A stretch of 63,999 bases of DNA, filler included, from Basidiobolus ranarum (GCA_040143965.1; 14 parts of 14 records of this genome joined end to end with filler, not necessarily neighbours in it); one strand, 5' to 3'. Counted from the first letter of the whole stretch, positions 36,847-50,900 are shown. A program made the numbers and translations. Notes: generated from the letters alone by a model not told the origin.

Positions 36847-37140
36847 AGTTTGAGAGTTGGGGTGTTGGGGACTACAAGGACCAATACAAAGAGGGATGAT
36901 GTAAGGATGATCAGGTGACCTTCCATGGAAGGTCTTGGCGGAAATACACTATGTGTGGGATGACATGATTGGTTAGGTTTCATGGAATGTTCCAAAGAAC
37001 ATGATTTCCATATAAGGTAATCTGGATGAACTGACACCAGATTGCCAAGAAGGGATGGCACAGCAGATATGATATCAAAATCTAATAATAGAGAAGTTCT
37101 ATTTGTAGTGGATCAGTATGCCAAGATCAGAATCATTACA
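36847..37140 (-). mobile_element. Partial LTR of the Tf1-type Gypsy family
   Basis: Reverse complement starts TGTAATGATTCTGATC and aligns with 25359-25665. Confidence 0.85.
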
Positions 37141-39170
37141 GATATCAGAATTTCTATTTCTCAGCCCTGCAAGATAGTGATACTATTCAGAGGCATCTCT
37201 GAGAAAATAACTTGAACCTTTCAATTGCTAAATCAATCTTGCTTGGTTGTACTCTTTGCCTGGATAATACTGAACTCCCTCCAATGAGCAACACTGCATA
37301 TCTTGGCTTACCCTCTTGTCAAACTGAAATTGTTGTGAAACAACATTTGTAAGTGAGAATTACACTACCTAAACAAGCTTTTCACAAGTTATTTGCAGCT
37401 GCACCTTGCAATACATTTTATCTTGGCTACCTACTTGGCTGCCTAAATCCAATCAGTATGGACCACTCAGTAGTCTGCCAAGATGCAAGTCAATATAAGT
37501 CACAAGAATCATAACCAATGAGCTTCCACTGCCAAGACTTCAACTGATGCATGACTCTCTTGTCTATCTATCTATCTAATTATATTATCTTTCATCAAAA
37601 TTAGTCATTTATTATCTTGGCACTGACTAATCTGCTTTGCCATCAAAAAGTATAAGTAAGGCTAACTGAACCTTTTGGTTTAGTGTATGGCTGAGCAAAT
37701 ATTAGATTTCTGCACTTCTCAATATGTCTCAACAAATTCTATACTCCCCTCTCATTTCTATCAAAGCCTAGTATCTACTAGCATACTCAGAAAACCAAGT
37801 CTAGCTGCCTAGCAAACCTACTCACTATTGCAACATAGCAAACCATTGCTACTCTCAAGACTTATATTAGTAAGATCTGCTCTGCTCATATCTCCTGCTT
37901 AAACAGTTCTAAGGTTCTGTGCTTAACTTTTTATTTGGCTCAATAATGTTCAAGACTTTTTAACTACTTTTCTGTTAGACACAACACTTTTAAAACTTCA
38001 TTTTGACTTGCCAATATATATTTACTTGTAACATGCAGCAAATAGAATATACATGAAATGAAACAAAAGTAAATTATCAGCAAAGATTTAAAATTGCAAA
38101 AGTTACAAATTTCAGAAAGGCTATATATATGTGACACAATATGGTAACAATGCTGTCAATGGTTTCTCTTTCTTACTTGAGTCAAAGGTCAGATCTCTGA
38201 CCCTCTCTTTTCATCCATATCCTTACCAGAACATCTATACCCTACCCTTCTAACTTTGCTTATTTATTTATTAACTTTGTTTAAATTGAAAAATCAATAT
38301 TATACCTTCTGATGTATATCACCCCTCTATGTGAAAAAAATATTTATAATAGGCTTATATATTGATATATGTTTATTAACTTGAGCAATAAATATTACAC
38401 CTTCAAGTGCTTTTCATTTCCCCTCACCCAATGTGCAATTGACTGGTAGGATATCCTGTACACATCTTGTTTCTGCAAGACCCTGCTAATTGCATGATGG
38501 GCCACACTTCAACACTGAACAGATATTAAATCCAAACGATAGACTTGTTATGGTGACTTTCAATCACTTTGGCTCAGCGATATGGTATTAAATTATACTA
38601 AGCACTATTGGTACGATATATAGTTATCCAAGACAATGATGGTGAGCTAGAAGCCACATCAGAGCCAAATTTGATGTCATAACTTCACAATACTGCAACC
38701 CAATGGTTGGCAATACCCAATGGTTGGTAATACCTAATACTTGCCTCCTACATAAAATCTGGATCATCGGATAGCCAGATTTAAGCATCTTTGAAAGCTT
38801 TATGTGGGGATTGGAAAATGTTGATCGAGGCGGGGGAGGGCGTATTGATACGCATAAGAATCATAAGCTTGGGAATGAACACTATATTTGTAACTTTCTC
38901 TGATTCTAAGAAGGAATAGTTACTATGGATCTTAAGCTTAGGGCTAATATATTATATTTAAGCATCTGTGGTGGCGTGCAAAGATGCGCATCTCTCTTAC
39001 TCATTCAGATACCTGAGAGAATATTTCCATCTTGGTTCTTGCGGGTAGTGCAGTAAATTCCTATTGTGCAGAATAGAAGTAAGAGAAGGTAATGGCTATA
39101 GATTACTGAGAAACCAGAGAGATATGACCAGAAGTGGCTTCAATCTACTCGTCATGTTGCTACGTTAAGA

Positions 39171-39327
39171 AATGGCTTCGTATTCTGTACGTTATACAAT
39201 GGCTTCGTAGTCTGTACGTTATACAATGGCTTCGTAGCTACACTCAGCAATTTCTTAAAATACCTCATCATTGTTCACCTAAAGGTGTATGTAAAGGTGT
39301 ATGTAAAGGTGTATGTATAGGTGTATG
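39171..39327 (+). repeat. Short tandem repeats upstream of the NRPS: 27-bp unit about 2.5 times, 12-bp AAAGGTGTATGT about 4 times
   Basis: Seen directly at 39171-39240 and 39281-39327. Confidence 0.85.
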
Positions 39328-39832
39328 AAAAACGTATCCTGAGAATCGGATACCAAGATCACCAACTTGATGATTATGTATTCTGCGACCGTATGCGCCG
39401 ATATTGCATAAGTTTCGATTCCCCCAGACAGAGTCTCCTATTCACATCCGCATTATTACCTGTGTGCTGAGTCATGCAGCATTTAACTGATCCTTTCGAT
39501 ACTTATATGAAGTCACTTGCTCGTAAATTGTAATACACTGGCAATTTTTTCACGTATCAGCATAGATAATTTGTCTTCAAAGCTCCCCTCGATATTACCA
39601 TCAAACCATAGCTTGTTGGCTAATTGTACCATAGCACTAGAACATTTGGAAAACCCTGACCTGTAAGCACTCTACTTACTGTCATATTTGAATCTGAACT
39701 TGATATTTACCCTACACCGAGGTGATTAGTCTCATTTTCTGAACTTCACTGACTGATTTGTGATCACAGTTCTAACTTTGATCTACTTTTCTATAAAATT
39801 AGTACACTTACAGTTGCCATCCTCAAGTGAAA

Positions 39833-41341
39833 ATGACTCTACTTACCCACCCAAAAATCTATCCGTTATCCGCCATGCAAACGGAAATTTGGCTGGCACA
39901 ACAACTCAATCCTGAAAGCTCTATGTACAATATTGGTCAGTTCACAGAAATACCTGGCATCATAGAACCAACTTTGTTCGAGAAAGCCTTGTCGCAACTA
40001 TTAATGGAAGCTGAATGCATGCGACTGCAGTTCATAGAAACTAAAAATGGCATAGAACAGTTTGTTGGTCCGTTGAATTGGACATTGCCCTTCATCGACG
40101 TCAGTACTGACGCTAATCCTCAAGAAGCCGCTGAAGCTTGGATAAGAAATGACTACGAGCAGCCCATAAATCTTCAGCACGGCTTAAAGTTTAGATATGC
40201 CCTGCTAAGAGTTTCAACGAATAGGTATTTTTGGTATCAATGCACTCATCATATTATCATGGATGGGTTGAGTTTCGCACTAGTTTTACAACGAGTCGCT
40301 CAAATTTATAGTGCTCTTGTTACAGGCACCGCTGCGCCAAAATGTTCAATGAAGCCACTATCCGTTCTTCTTCAGAGTGATATAGATTATCGTAATTCCT
40401 CACAATTTACCAACGATCAGGAATATTGGCTTGAGCGCTGCAAAGATTGGCCAGAGCCTGTGACGCTTACGGGCAAAAAAGCGGTTTCCGTACACTTGCC
40501 CATTCGCCAGACAATTCTTTATTCCTCCCAGTCGGTTTCCTCTCTTTCCTCAGATCCTCGTCGCTTCACTTATGCTATGATTGCTGTTATAGCTACATAT
40601 CTTCACCGTTGGACTGGTATTGAGGAGGTGACATTAGGTTTCCCAGTTAAGGCTCGCTTTGGAGAAGATCGCCACACCCCTGGTCCAACATCAAATGTCC
40701 TACCTATTCGAATCACTGTACAATCTGGTATGAGCCTTTCATCATTGATCGAGCAGGTAGCACAAGAGATACAATTAGGATTAAGACACCAACGCTACCG
40801 AAGTGAGGAGCTTAGGCGAAATCCTCAGTTAGGGCGAAGCCAACACTTATACGGACCTACAATTAACTTTATGCCATTTGACCGCAATGTGTCTTTTGGA
40901 CCCTATCTATCGACAGTCCACAACCTCCTTACCGGGCCTACTGATGATCTGGCAATCAATATATATATTGGATCTAGTGATGGTCCTCTACGAATTGACT
41001 TTGTGGCAAACCCGACTCTTTACACAGCCGATGAATTGGCTGCACACCAACGTCGGATATTAACCCTCTTGGATGCTCTCGCTACAAATCCTTCACAGCC
41101 AGTAACTGCAGTGAAAATGATTGATACCGAAGAGAGCCATCGGTTACTAATGGATTTAAACGATACCGCTATGCCATATCCTGAACACCGGTGTATACAC
41201 CATCTTTTTGAGGAGCAGGTAGCACGTACCCCAGATATTACTGCACTCATGTATGGAGATCAGCGTTTTAGTTATGCAGAACTAAATGAACTTGCTAACT
41301 GTCTTGCACATCAGCTTATTGAGCTTGGTGTTCGACCAGAT
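39833..41341 (+). CDS. NRPS initiation region: starter-type C domain and start of A domain, intronless, 3' end cut by contig end
   Basis: PLSAMQTEIWLAQQLNPESSMYNIG, HHIIMDG, RHQRYRSEELRR, LFEEQVARTPD, FSYAELNELAN; TATAAAA at 39792. Confidence 0.95.
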
Positions 41342-42401
41342 NNNNNNNNNNNNNNNNNNNNNNNNNNNNNNNNNNNNNNNNNNNNTTAATTAATTAANNN
41401 NNNNNNNNNNNNNNNNNNNNNNNNNNNNNNNNNNNNNNNNNAAGCCTAAAATGTGCATGGTGATATATATTGATCTCGGCGGATCCTTTTGATCAATAAA
41501 GTTTGGAAATTCGCAAGCATATGCACAGTGTATCGTTTGGCAACTCGTTCACAAAGGTGTCACGATGCCATGGCTGATACATCTTTTGATCTTTGTAGGA
41601 TCAATGGTGAAGATTTTTGACACGCGAAGCCTTTGTGCGTTACAGTATTCCTTATGTGTGATGGAAAATCCATGACTGATGCATGTAATAATTAGTCAAG
41701 TGCGAATTGGCTAGCTTCAAAGCGTGAGAACCATGCGTAGCGCTATACGCCAACTGACGGATTGCCCTCGTCAAGCTATTTAGCCGGATATACCGGCAGC
41801 AATCAGCAGGCTGGCTGAAATATTACAAAATGATGCTATTGCGGTATATAAGGTAACCAATTACTTTGAGAAAGCACAGCCCCATTATTGGTTGGCTAAG
41901 AATCCTATTGAGGCAGGCAACATTTCGGAAAAACAACCCCAACTATGTTATAACTGTATTAGTCTCGAATATGGCCAATATCTCCGAGCCTCAGATCTCA
42001 AAATGGGCATAGTATTAGATCATACTGTCTCGGGTAAGATCGAAATTCAGATATAGAATCAAATCGGTATTTTACTGTGATCCATTCCATCGAAATAACA
42101 ATGTGTCTACTCTCGTAATTACACGATCGAAAAGCAGCTTCTGGAAACTAGTGTAGAGCTAGTGTCTGATATTTTCGGATTGCTAAGAGATTTGCTCATT
42201 AGTTTAGCAAGCTAGTTCTTATCCCAGATGTGTAGTAAAAGATGCTCAAACAGGTTCATTTTTCACATCCGATGCTTCATTTCATTCAACGGTTCAAGTG
42301 GTACCTGTGCTGGATGGGCTGATACTGCTGATTATTTAATTTGATCACAACTTCATAGCCAACCAAGTATCCTCCGTTCTCCACATTTCAAATCAAGTTA
42401 G

Positions 42402-42673
42402 TGTTGAAATTAGTATAGCCTAAACACCTATATAGTCATGTATAGCTTAGTATTTAGTTATCCTGTATTTCACTCAGATATCATCCACTATTCTTTTTTG
42501 AGAGCTTGTCCTAGAAGCCCCAAACTTTGCACACATATTTCTGGGACCTTCCGTAATATATTTTACACATTTGTTTGTTTACATGTTGATAAAACTACAA
42601 ATGTCAACTTTCTACTCAATAAATCAATAAGTGAAAACCACTAATTTCTCCAGTTCTCCCAAATACTTTAACT
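42402..42673 (+). mobile_element. Internally deleted solo LTR of Copia family A with TSD GTTAG
   Basis: GTTAG|TGTTGAAATTAG...TACTTTAACT|GTTAG. Confidence 0.88.
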
Positions 42674-43121
42674 GTTAGTAGGCTGGATGAATGTTCTGAT
42701 CTATGTGGCAGTCATTCTTGTTGAAAGTGACATAGCTTAAGCATCTATATAGTTATATAGTTAACTCCCTAAATTTCACTATGTTATTATTGTTAAAGTA
42801 TTTTGGGAGCCTGTTGGATTTTAATTATTTATCCAATAGATGTAGTTATCATTTGAAATGTATGGGATAATTTGTATAAACGTAGAAAAAGCCGCTTAGG
42901 CATTTATTGTTAATTGCAACCACTCGTAATATCTTTAAATATCAATGCTTCATTAGATCCAGGCATTTTTCATTTTGTAAATAACACAACTATGGGTGTC
43001 ACCAAACGGAGAGATAGAACTGTAAGACTACTGATTAGTGTTTGAAAAGTTCATATTCCAACGTTCAATCACCAAGAAGTGGGATATGGCATTGTAGCTT
43101 TGATCTTGATGGTTTATTACC

Positions 43122-43179
43122 CATACTCATACTCATACTCATACTCATACTCATACCCATACCCATACCCATACCCATA
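43122..43179 (+). repeat. Compound hexanucleotide microsatellite (CATACT)n(CATACC)n
   Basis: Seen directly. Confidence 0.9.
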
Positions 43180-44021
43180 ACCCTATCTTCCATAAACTAC
43201 AATCACAGATGCCTGGGCCGGGTATGCGCCATGAATCGCCTCAATTACTGGACCGTAACTAAGTAGCATATGTCTTGCAATGGGGATCCCGGTCACTCTT
43301 ATTATCAGCATGACTCTAGATCCTCAATATCAATAACCAACTTCCTGAGCATATGTTATCTTGCAGGTATTAGCATTCAAGGCAAAAGAGTTTAAAATTG
43401 AGTACTCAAGATGCAAATATGTGTAAACCAGAAACCACTGAGGTCCGTCTATACACCCTCCAATTTTGACAGATATTTACATCTATGTTAAATGTAACAG
43501 ATGTTGCTGCAACAGTACCAAAATCTATTTAATGTGCATAGGGTGTATATCTGCCTAATATTTGAGTAGGTGCATTTACCAATGATTCAGCTTACGTATT
43601 TCTGGCAATTTTTACTCAAATACAGTACAAGTTGATTCACTCGTACAAGCTAACTTCAAGGGTAGCATAATTAAAGATTCCATGTTTACCCGTCATACGT
43701 AAACAGAAGATTTAGCCTGTTCATCACACACGGCCGTTGAATCCGATATTTTCTCATAATTAATGGAATTGGCTAATCTCTGCAAGTTCCGATGAAATAG
43801 GTTCAGTTTATGCTTTAAAAAAAACTCTGATCGTTTCTGAAGGGAATAAACCTTAGTATGCCCATTAAAACACAGTCAGTATTCCTTGGATAGATCACGA
43901 GTATACCTTTGCTTTTCTACTTTGTTTTATCAAGGGATAGTATCATACTTTCTACCACTATTAAGTCGATGAAACTTGTTCAGTCTCAGCTTATCATATA
44001 ACTGTGAGAGGTACGTATAGA

Positions 44022-45022
44022 ATGATTTTTATCGAGCCCAACTCCTCCCTTCTGGAGTCTACCAACCTCAGTATAGGTTCGGAATTTCAACAACAAGCGT
44101 ATTCAAGTAATCCAGCTAAAAATGAGAGTATTTTGAAAGTTGAGTGCATGGCCAGAACTAGAATTCCTACTCCAAATGGACAATTTTATTTACACATTTA
44201 TAAGAATAACTGTGATACCAAAGAGCACCTAGCTATCGTATTCGGTGAGGATATAAGGAGTCGTACTTTAGACTCAGTTCATGAAAATGAAACACCGATG
44301 GATAGAATAGTTCGCGGAGCATACCAGGGTCAGTTAAATTCCAAAAAGTCCAACTTTACTAGTCCAAAGCCATCGAACTCTATATTATCACCTCTGGTTC
44401 GTATTCACTCCGAGTGTTTCACCGGTGAAACGGTTTTTTCTGTTCGTTGTGATTGTGGTGACCAATTATCTGAAGCTATGCAGCTGATGATAAACGAAGG
44501 TCGAGGCATTATCGTCTATTTACGTCAAGAAGGTAGAGGCATTGGTTTACTGGAAAAAATTAAGTAAGTACTCCTTCTGCTGATAGTACACTAGAATAGA
44601 GTTAATCTTCATATACTCTATATAGAGCCTATAATCTACAAGACCTTGGGTATGATACAGTTGCTGCCAATATCGCTCTGTCTCATCCAACGGACCTTCG
44701 AACTTACAATGTTGCGTGTGCAATTCTGCAAGATTTACAAGCCCCGAATATTCGCCTTTTGACAAATAACCCCGAAAAATTGGAGCAGCTTGAGAAAGGT
44801 GGACTATGTATTAAGGAACGTATCCCCATGGTGCCTAAAGAATGGTCACACACATGCCAAGAAACATCTCTTTCTCAAAAGCTAAAGACTGAATTTGGAT
44901 ATACCGAAGTAGATACCTATCTCAGGACAAAAGTGGAGCGTATGCGTCATTTAATTGAAATCCCTCAGGAAATGAAAGGAACTACCTCCAAGAAGTCTCA
45001 GCTGTATCATTCGTCAATTTGA
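44022..45022 (+). CDS. RIB1: GTP cyclohydrolase II, two exons (44022-44563, 44626-45022)
   Basis: [32 protein letters not shown]; after a GTAAGT..TAG intron [15 protein letters not shown]. Confidence 0.95.
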
Positions 45023-45571
45023 AGTGAACTTAATATACTACTTTAAATTTACAAACCCCTGTTCTTATTTGTAATCAAATATCGCAGTCATTGGAATAAT
45101 AAGACTAATTGATGTCAGCTTGTTACTCCACACGTACATCGCTCGTATTCACTACTCCACTTAGCTATGGGGTCTAAAGAAAAGGTCGCTATTGGAAATA
45201 CAGGAAGCATCTTAGAGTTTATTTAAAACTATATGGATACTAGTTTCGATAGTTGATTTTAAATAGGGATAGGAGTTTGGATAAGCGAGATAAGACAGAC
45301 TAATCAATTCTGTAAATTCACACCAAACGGAACATTACTTAATCATGAACCGTGATTTCATAGCTTAGCACTAAGGAGTTCGAAATAAACATGCTCGCCC
45401 GGCATCCACTTGAAAGAAAGCAACTCAAGGAAGATCGGAGGATAAAGGGTACAAAATCCCTATAATATGTTCGAAAACCACTGAAATACGGGAGAAATGA
45501 AAAATGAAAGGTTCAAATGATTATGAATGTACATCAAAGAAACATCAAAGTGGCGGGTAACCTTCCGTTAA

Positions 45572-45932
45572 TTAATAACGGTCATTGTAGTCACCGCGAC
45601 CTCCGCCATAACCTTCACGCTCACGAGATTGGTAACCATCACCACCACCAAATCCTCCGCGACCACGAGGACGATAACCGCCACCACCACCACCGCTGCG
45701 GAAACCACCTCCACCATTTCCACCGGCAGAACGTTCAGATGCACGGTCGACCTTGATGGTACGGCCATCAAATTCTTGGTCGTTCATAGCTGAGATAGCG
45801 GCTTCGGCTTCTTCTGAAGTAGCATAGGTAACAAAGCCAAAGCCACGACTGCGACCGGTTTCGCGATCGCGAATGACAACGGCATCTTCGACTTGACCGA
45901 ATTCAGAGAAACGATCACGAAGAGAGTCATTG
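45572..45932 (-). CDS. Glycine-rich RRM RNA-binding protein, 5' end cut by contig end
   Basis: [15 protein letters not shown] (RNP1), [22 protein letters not shown] tail. Confidence 0.92.
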
Positions 45933-48900
45933 NNNNNNNNNNNNNNNNNNNNNNNNNNNNNNNNNNNNNNNNNNNNTTAATTAATTAANNNNNNNNNNNN
46001 NNNNNNNNNNNNNNNNNNNNNNNNNNNNNNNNAAACTCTATGTGAATTTGTCCTCTTAATCTAAGCCTTTTTGGCGCAAATCCATTCTCACCAATTATTC
46101 TCACTGATTCCTACGTGTTTGGTCCTTTCTTAGCGTTATAAATCATACACAAACTACTTAGTGTATGGACCGAATTGTTTCGTGGCTATTCCTTATTGAA
46201 CTCATTTCCATATATTCCAATATCTGGCTCACATATGTTCTCTTTATGCTATTATAGATGTTCGATGGGTCCAGTATCTGCAGCTTAGCAATGATCTTAT
46301 CATCTCTTTTTCTGATCGGAGTCATTTCTAAATCGAACTCATAGATAGGTACAGTATTGACGATTACTCGTTGATTACGATCAATATTAAAGTCAGTAGC
46401 ATGGCTGACACGAATAGTGCGAGATAAATACTGACATGTGTTATTGATGGTTGAGTAATGTGAGATTAACCCACAAGCAACGTGAGACGCTATTGATCTA
46501 GTTTCATCTAACACTCTCGCACTATCAATGAATCAACACACCCTCTACGCACGCAACTGCTATACAACTACTATTCAGGTTTAAAGTGATGTGTCAGCAA
46601 ATATGCCGAAATATCTCAGACAAATTTAATGAAGTTTGTTATGAAGTGTGAACATACAACAGGAATACCTCTCCAGACCCCCTTGACTCCTGAAAAGATG
46701 ATCCTGTACACAAAAAAGTCCCATTTTGAAATACTAATCAGCCACTACAATCGAGTGGCATGCGAATGCTCGTTCAATGTGAATTGGCTCAATATTCATG
46801 GATTACTTGGCTGAATCAGTGTGAAAGTAGCGTATTGAATCTGTACTCGGAATGTCTGTACTCAGAATGTTCAAGTAACATATTGCGAAAGTAGTGCTTG
46901 AATTAAATCGGTATGGAAGCAATTCGGTGACACATAGATTCCGTTCTACCATGAAATCCCCCACGTCCACTGTGAAATACCTCGGTTAAATCTTCGGCTG
47001 AGTAAAAAGTGATTTCTATTCAATTAAGAGAAAGATGGGAATAAATTTCTTGTGGCTGTCTCACGAGATAGCGAACCAGATTATACCTAGATACCTACCA
47101 GATATTGACCTACCATTCCAAAACCAGTTTACCCAATCGTTAGAACCTTTGGCGCGTGATTCAATAGTGCTTCCTCAAAAATGTAAACCAAACAGAACTC
47201 CATCTACTCAGCTGACTTTGATTTGTTGTTTATGTGATATATGCCCTGGTGCTAAGGATTTTCATGTACAGAATGAGTCAATATTCTGTCGGTCAAAAAG
47301 AAATTTGAAGTGACCCAAATGTTGGTTGAAGAGATGCCTAAATGTATGACATCTTTGGTTGTGAAATTCACTATAAAAACCTGTTTCTTTGTGAACATTG
47401 CTAGAGGTGCTTCACCAGAGATGACCATTTTTACTGACTGAACTAACATAAGCTTCTTGTCCTATACTACCATGCACGCCATAGAGTTTAATTTCATCTT
47501 ATCTCATCTCATCTGATCTCATCCCAGACCAGGCCTGTCCCATTTCTCCTGGAAATCAATAAATATGAGATAAATAAGCCATAGCTTTATCTTTAACAGC
47601 TCTCCGAAGCTACCGTTTCCAGGGCTGCCTAGCCTAAGCACCCTTGTACTTGATGGATGGAGAAAGGCCTATTCTGAATCCTACCATAATATAGTAATAA
47701 TAAATTATTAATTAAAGAGTCACTTGTATACTCCCCTGTTGGTCACATATGATGATTGTTGCGTAGTACAACGCTTTTTCTGTACAATGTAAATCAATTG
47801 TCTGCTCATCCTATCAATGCACCCCACTTGGTTAATTCGAATAAGTAACAACTGCTACTGTGCATCAAAATAGAACTGTGCCTGAACTAGGTAACTAATT
47901 CTGAATCCACTTCAGTATCGGATTATCATAGTCTGTACTCCAACACATCATATGGCATGAGTGTATAATTCTATACTCTATGGTTAGTCATAACTGTTAA
48001 AAATCAAATGTGATTATTAGTCAACCATATTACAAATTCGATCACAATGTTAGTATTCTACACTACTCTGCAATGACTTCTATTATTTAGCATGATTACT
48101 AATTCACATAGGTCAAAGCAAGCATTCACTCATACGAGTGGATGCAACATCTCTCTGCCTTTCTTTTTTTATCTTGCTCAAGCCTATGTTCATCTTATTG
48201 ACTTCATGTTGTTTGCAAGTGAAAATAGGTCAATGCCCTCAGTCTCTACTGCGCAAAAGTAACAACAGAGTGCAGAATCTCAGAACAGTGCAAGAGACAG
48301 GCATTATCAGAGCAGTTCTGGACAAGCACCATACTGGAGAATAGCAAAGATTTGCTACATTTTGGTGGGTAGTTGAGGTGCTAGGCAACTAAGCTTAGTA
48401 TTCTATTAATGCTAGAGAGACCAGGGTTGGGATAGAAATGAGAAGAGAATATTGAATTTGTCAAGAAACACACTAAGCTAAAGGATTAAGTCGGCTTTAT
48501 ATATGCCTTATATAGCAACTCGAATAGGGAAGCACCAAGCAAATGAAATATTGATTAAATCAAATATTAGTGAGGTGAAGTACACATGAAGTCTTGGCCA
48601 TAATCGAGCAGTTGGATCAGAACGATGTATAGCAGTTTGATTACTAATTGATAAAGTTGATAAGAGAAATCGCAGGATTAGGTTATTCAAAATAGAATGG
48701 TAAAAGGATATACAGTCTGCATACATGATTAAGATATGATACATGATTTAGTAAGCATGACTATGATAGAAGTGATAGATTAGTAATTTGGACTGTGGAG
48801 CTAGAAAGTGAATGTGTAAAAATTTTCACTAATTGCAAAGTAGGAAATCATTTGAACAGATCACATGATGTAGTACACTGAGAATAAAGACAGTCCAATG

Positions 48901-50299
48901 CTTATGTTGCTTATGCAGTTATTGCATGGGTTGTATAACTTTTATTGACTTGGTACTTTAATTTGACTAGTATCCGCTGAACACCAAGCATAGCTGCCTA
49001 GGAAACTATGACTTTGTCAGATCATAGAGAGCCTTGGCTTTCTACAGACTGAAATCAGTTAAATCTGCTGTACTAATATCTCCTGCTTAATACTCTGAGC
49101 AGCAAGAGTTAGTTTACTTGGCCATTTTTCTTTCTAATTTTGAGTAGTACTCAGTGTGTGCCCATAGCTGTAACTCCTGGTTGCAAAGCAGAGCATGATG
49201 AATTGTAACGATTTGAAATGTTAATAGAAAATGAGTGCAAGAAAACATGCTAACCACTCGAATTGAAGTCAAACCAAATACATCATGTTTATATCCTGAT
49301 CAAGATTTTGTTGTGTTTGGCCTCAATGGAGAAATTTCTACCAAATGTTGATGACTTTCATCATGTTTACCTCCACATTTTGATATCTATGATCACTTGA
49401 TTCTACTCTCTGCAAATTTCTTCTCATCATGTGGAATGGCACCGGCAGCATAATGCCCGTTTCTGGATTTACTAGAATATGGTGTTCGTTTAGTAAATCG
49501 AGTAATATAAATGGACTTTGAATGAATCACATTTAGCAATGTCAGTTTGAGTATAGGCGTTAATCAGCTTAGGACGATAGAGCAATTCATTACCATTTCT
49601 TTGCTTGATTGTGGCGAGGATGGGATGTTGGATGATTCGTGTTAATTGGAATCATGTCAACTTACTTGGCTCCCATCTGCCCTTTCTCTCGCGAAGCTAC
49701 CCACTTCACCCATTTTATCTCTGCATATATTTTTGAACATTCAACGAATCACTGCCTACTTCATCTAGCGTACCATCAACTCTTTTCGCATCTACTACCA
49801 TGGATCCATATACGCAGAAGTTTGCACTTGGATATGTTAGAATGGAGGAGTCTTTAAGGATAATGCTTCAAACCATATGTAGTCCATAACACCTGTATTC
49901 GCAATATGAAAAGAGCCACCAAAGCACGCGTATTTATACATAGCATAAACACACTTGGGCCTATATTTGGTAATATTTTAATCGATAATGGATGTATAAC
50001 GATTCATTGGGTTATCTTTCGCTTAGTCATTTCCAACACCAACCTGCAGATGATTATTATTCCTGCTCTTTATGATGGCATTGTACTTTATCGAATTGCT
50101 ACAAATTGAAATTTACTAAGAATTATGCTAGATTAGCACCCTCAGCCATCATTCTACAGGTGGAATCAAGTGAGACCAAGATACAAGACAAACACCTAAA
50201 TGACAGACAAGGTATTACTTAACTCAGAAGATGGAAGGTAAAATCTAGGAGGGGATAAAGAAGATGATCTAGGGAGAGGCCCGATCACACAGAACGCTA

Positions 50300-50521
50300 T
50301 CAGCGGACGAGACAGTTGACGCTGAATTGCTTTGCAGGAGCCGACCCTTGATCCTGGAAACGCGCGTAGTCGAGATTCAGAGTAGTTGTCCCATTTGCAA
50401 CACCGGTGAAGTGCCAAATCGAGGTTCCTCTCCTACCGGGCACATTGTCCGTATTGTCAGGAACGTAGCCGGGGGCACCGTCCTGTTTTACGATATTCTG
50501 GTTCAGTTGCCTTAGCTGCCA
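50300..50521 (-). CDS. Chagasin-like (I42) cysteine protease inhibitor, C-terminal 73 aa, 5' end cut by contig end; absent from ORF track
   Basis: Manual translation WQLRQLNQNIVKQDGAPGYVPDNTDNVPGRRGTSIWHFTGVANGTTTLNLDYARFQDQGSAPAKQFSVNCLVR*. Confidence 0.65.
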   Translation of the reverse strand, partial: WQLRQLNQNIVKQDGAPGYVPDNTDNVPGRRGTSIWHFTGVANGTTTLNLDYARFQDQGSAPAKQFSVNCLVR

Positions 50522-50622
50522 ANNNNNNNNNNNNNNNNNNNNNNNNNNNNNNNNNNNNNNNNNNNNTTAATTAATTAANNNNNNNNNNNNNNNNNNNNNN
50601 NNNNNNNNNNNNNNNNNNNNNN

Positions 50623-50900
50623 AATATTCTTGAGTTATCATAGATATTGTTTGGAGTAGAGTAATATTCTTGAGTTATCATAGATATTGTTTGGAGTAGA
50701 GTAATATTCTTGAGTTATCATAGATATTGTTTGGAGTAGAGTAATATTCTTGAGTTATCATAGATATTGTTTGGAGTAGAGTAATATTCTTGAGTTATCA
50801 TAGATATTGTTTGGAGTAGAGTAATATTCTTGAGTTATCATAGATATTGTTTGGAGTAGAGTAATATTCTTGAGTTATCATAGATATTGTTTGCAGTAGA
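50623..50900. repeat. 40-bp minisatellite, about 7 near-identical copies
   Basis: Unit AATATTCTTGAGTTATCATAGATATTGTTTGGAGTAGAGT; one mismatch in the last copy. Confidence 0.97.

Noticed and set aside
30434-41341. NRPS-P450-NRPS biosynthetic cluster or one split NRPS
   Set aside because: The three genes lie on three different size-sorted contigs
46033-50200. Short ORFs in contig 11, including 46158-46514
   Set aside because: No recognisable motifs or splice structure; several begin at non-ATG codons
50623-50900. CRISPR array
   Set aside because: Units are contiguous and identical with no unique spacers; eukaryotic context and no cas genes
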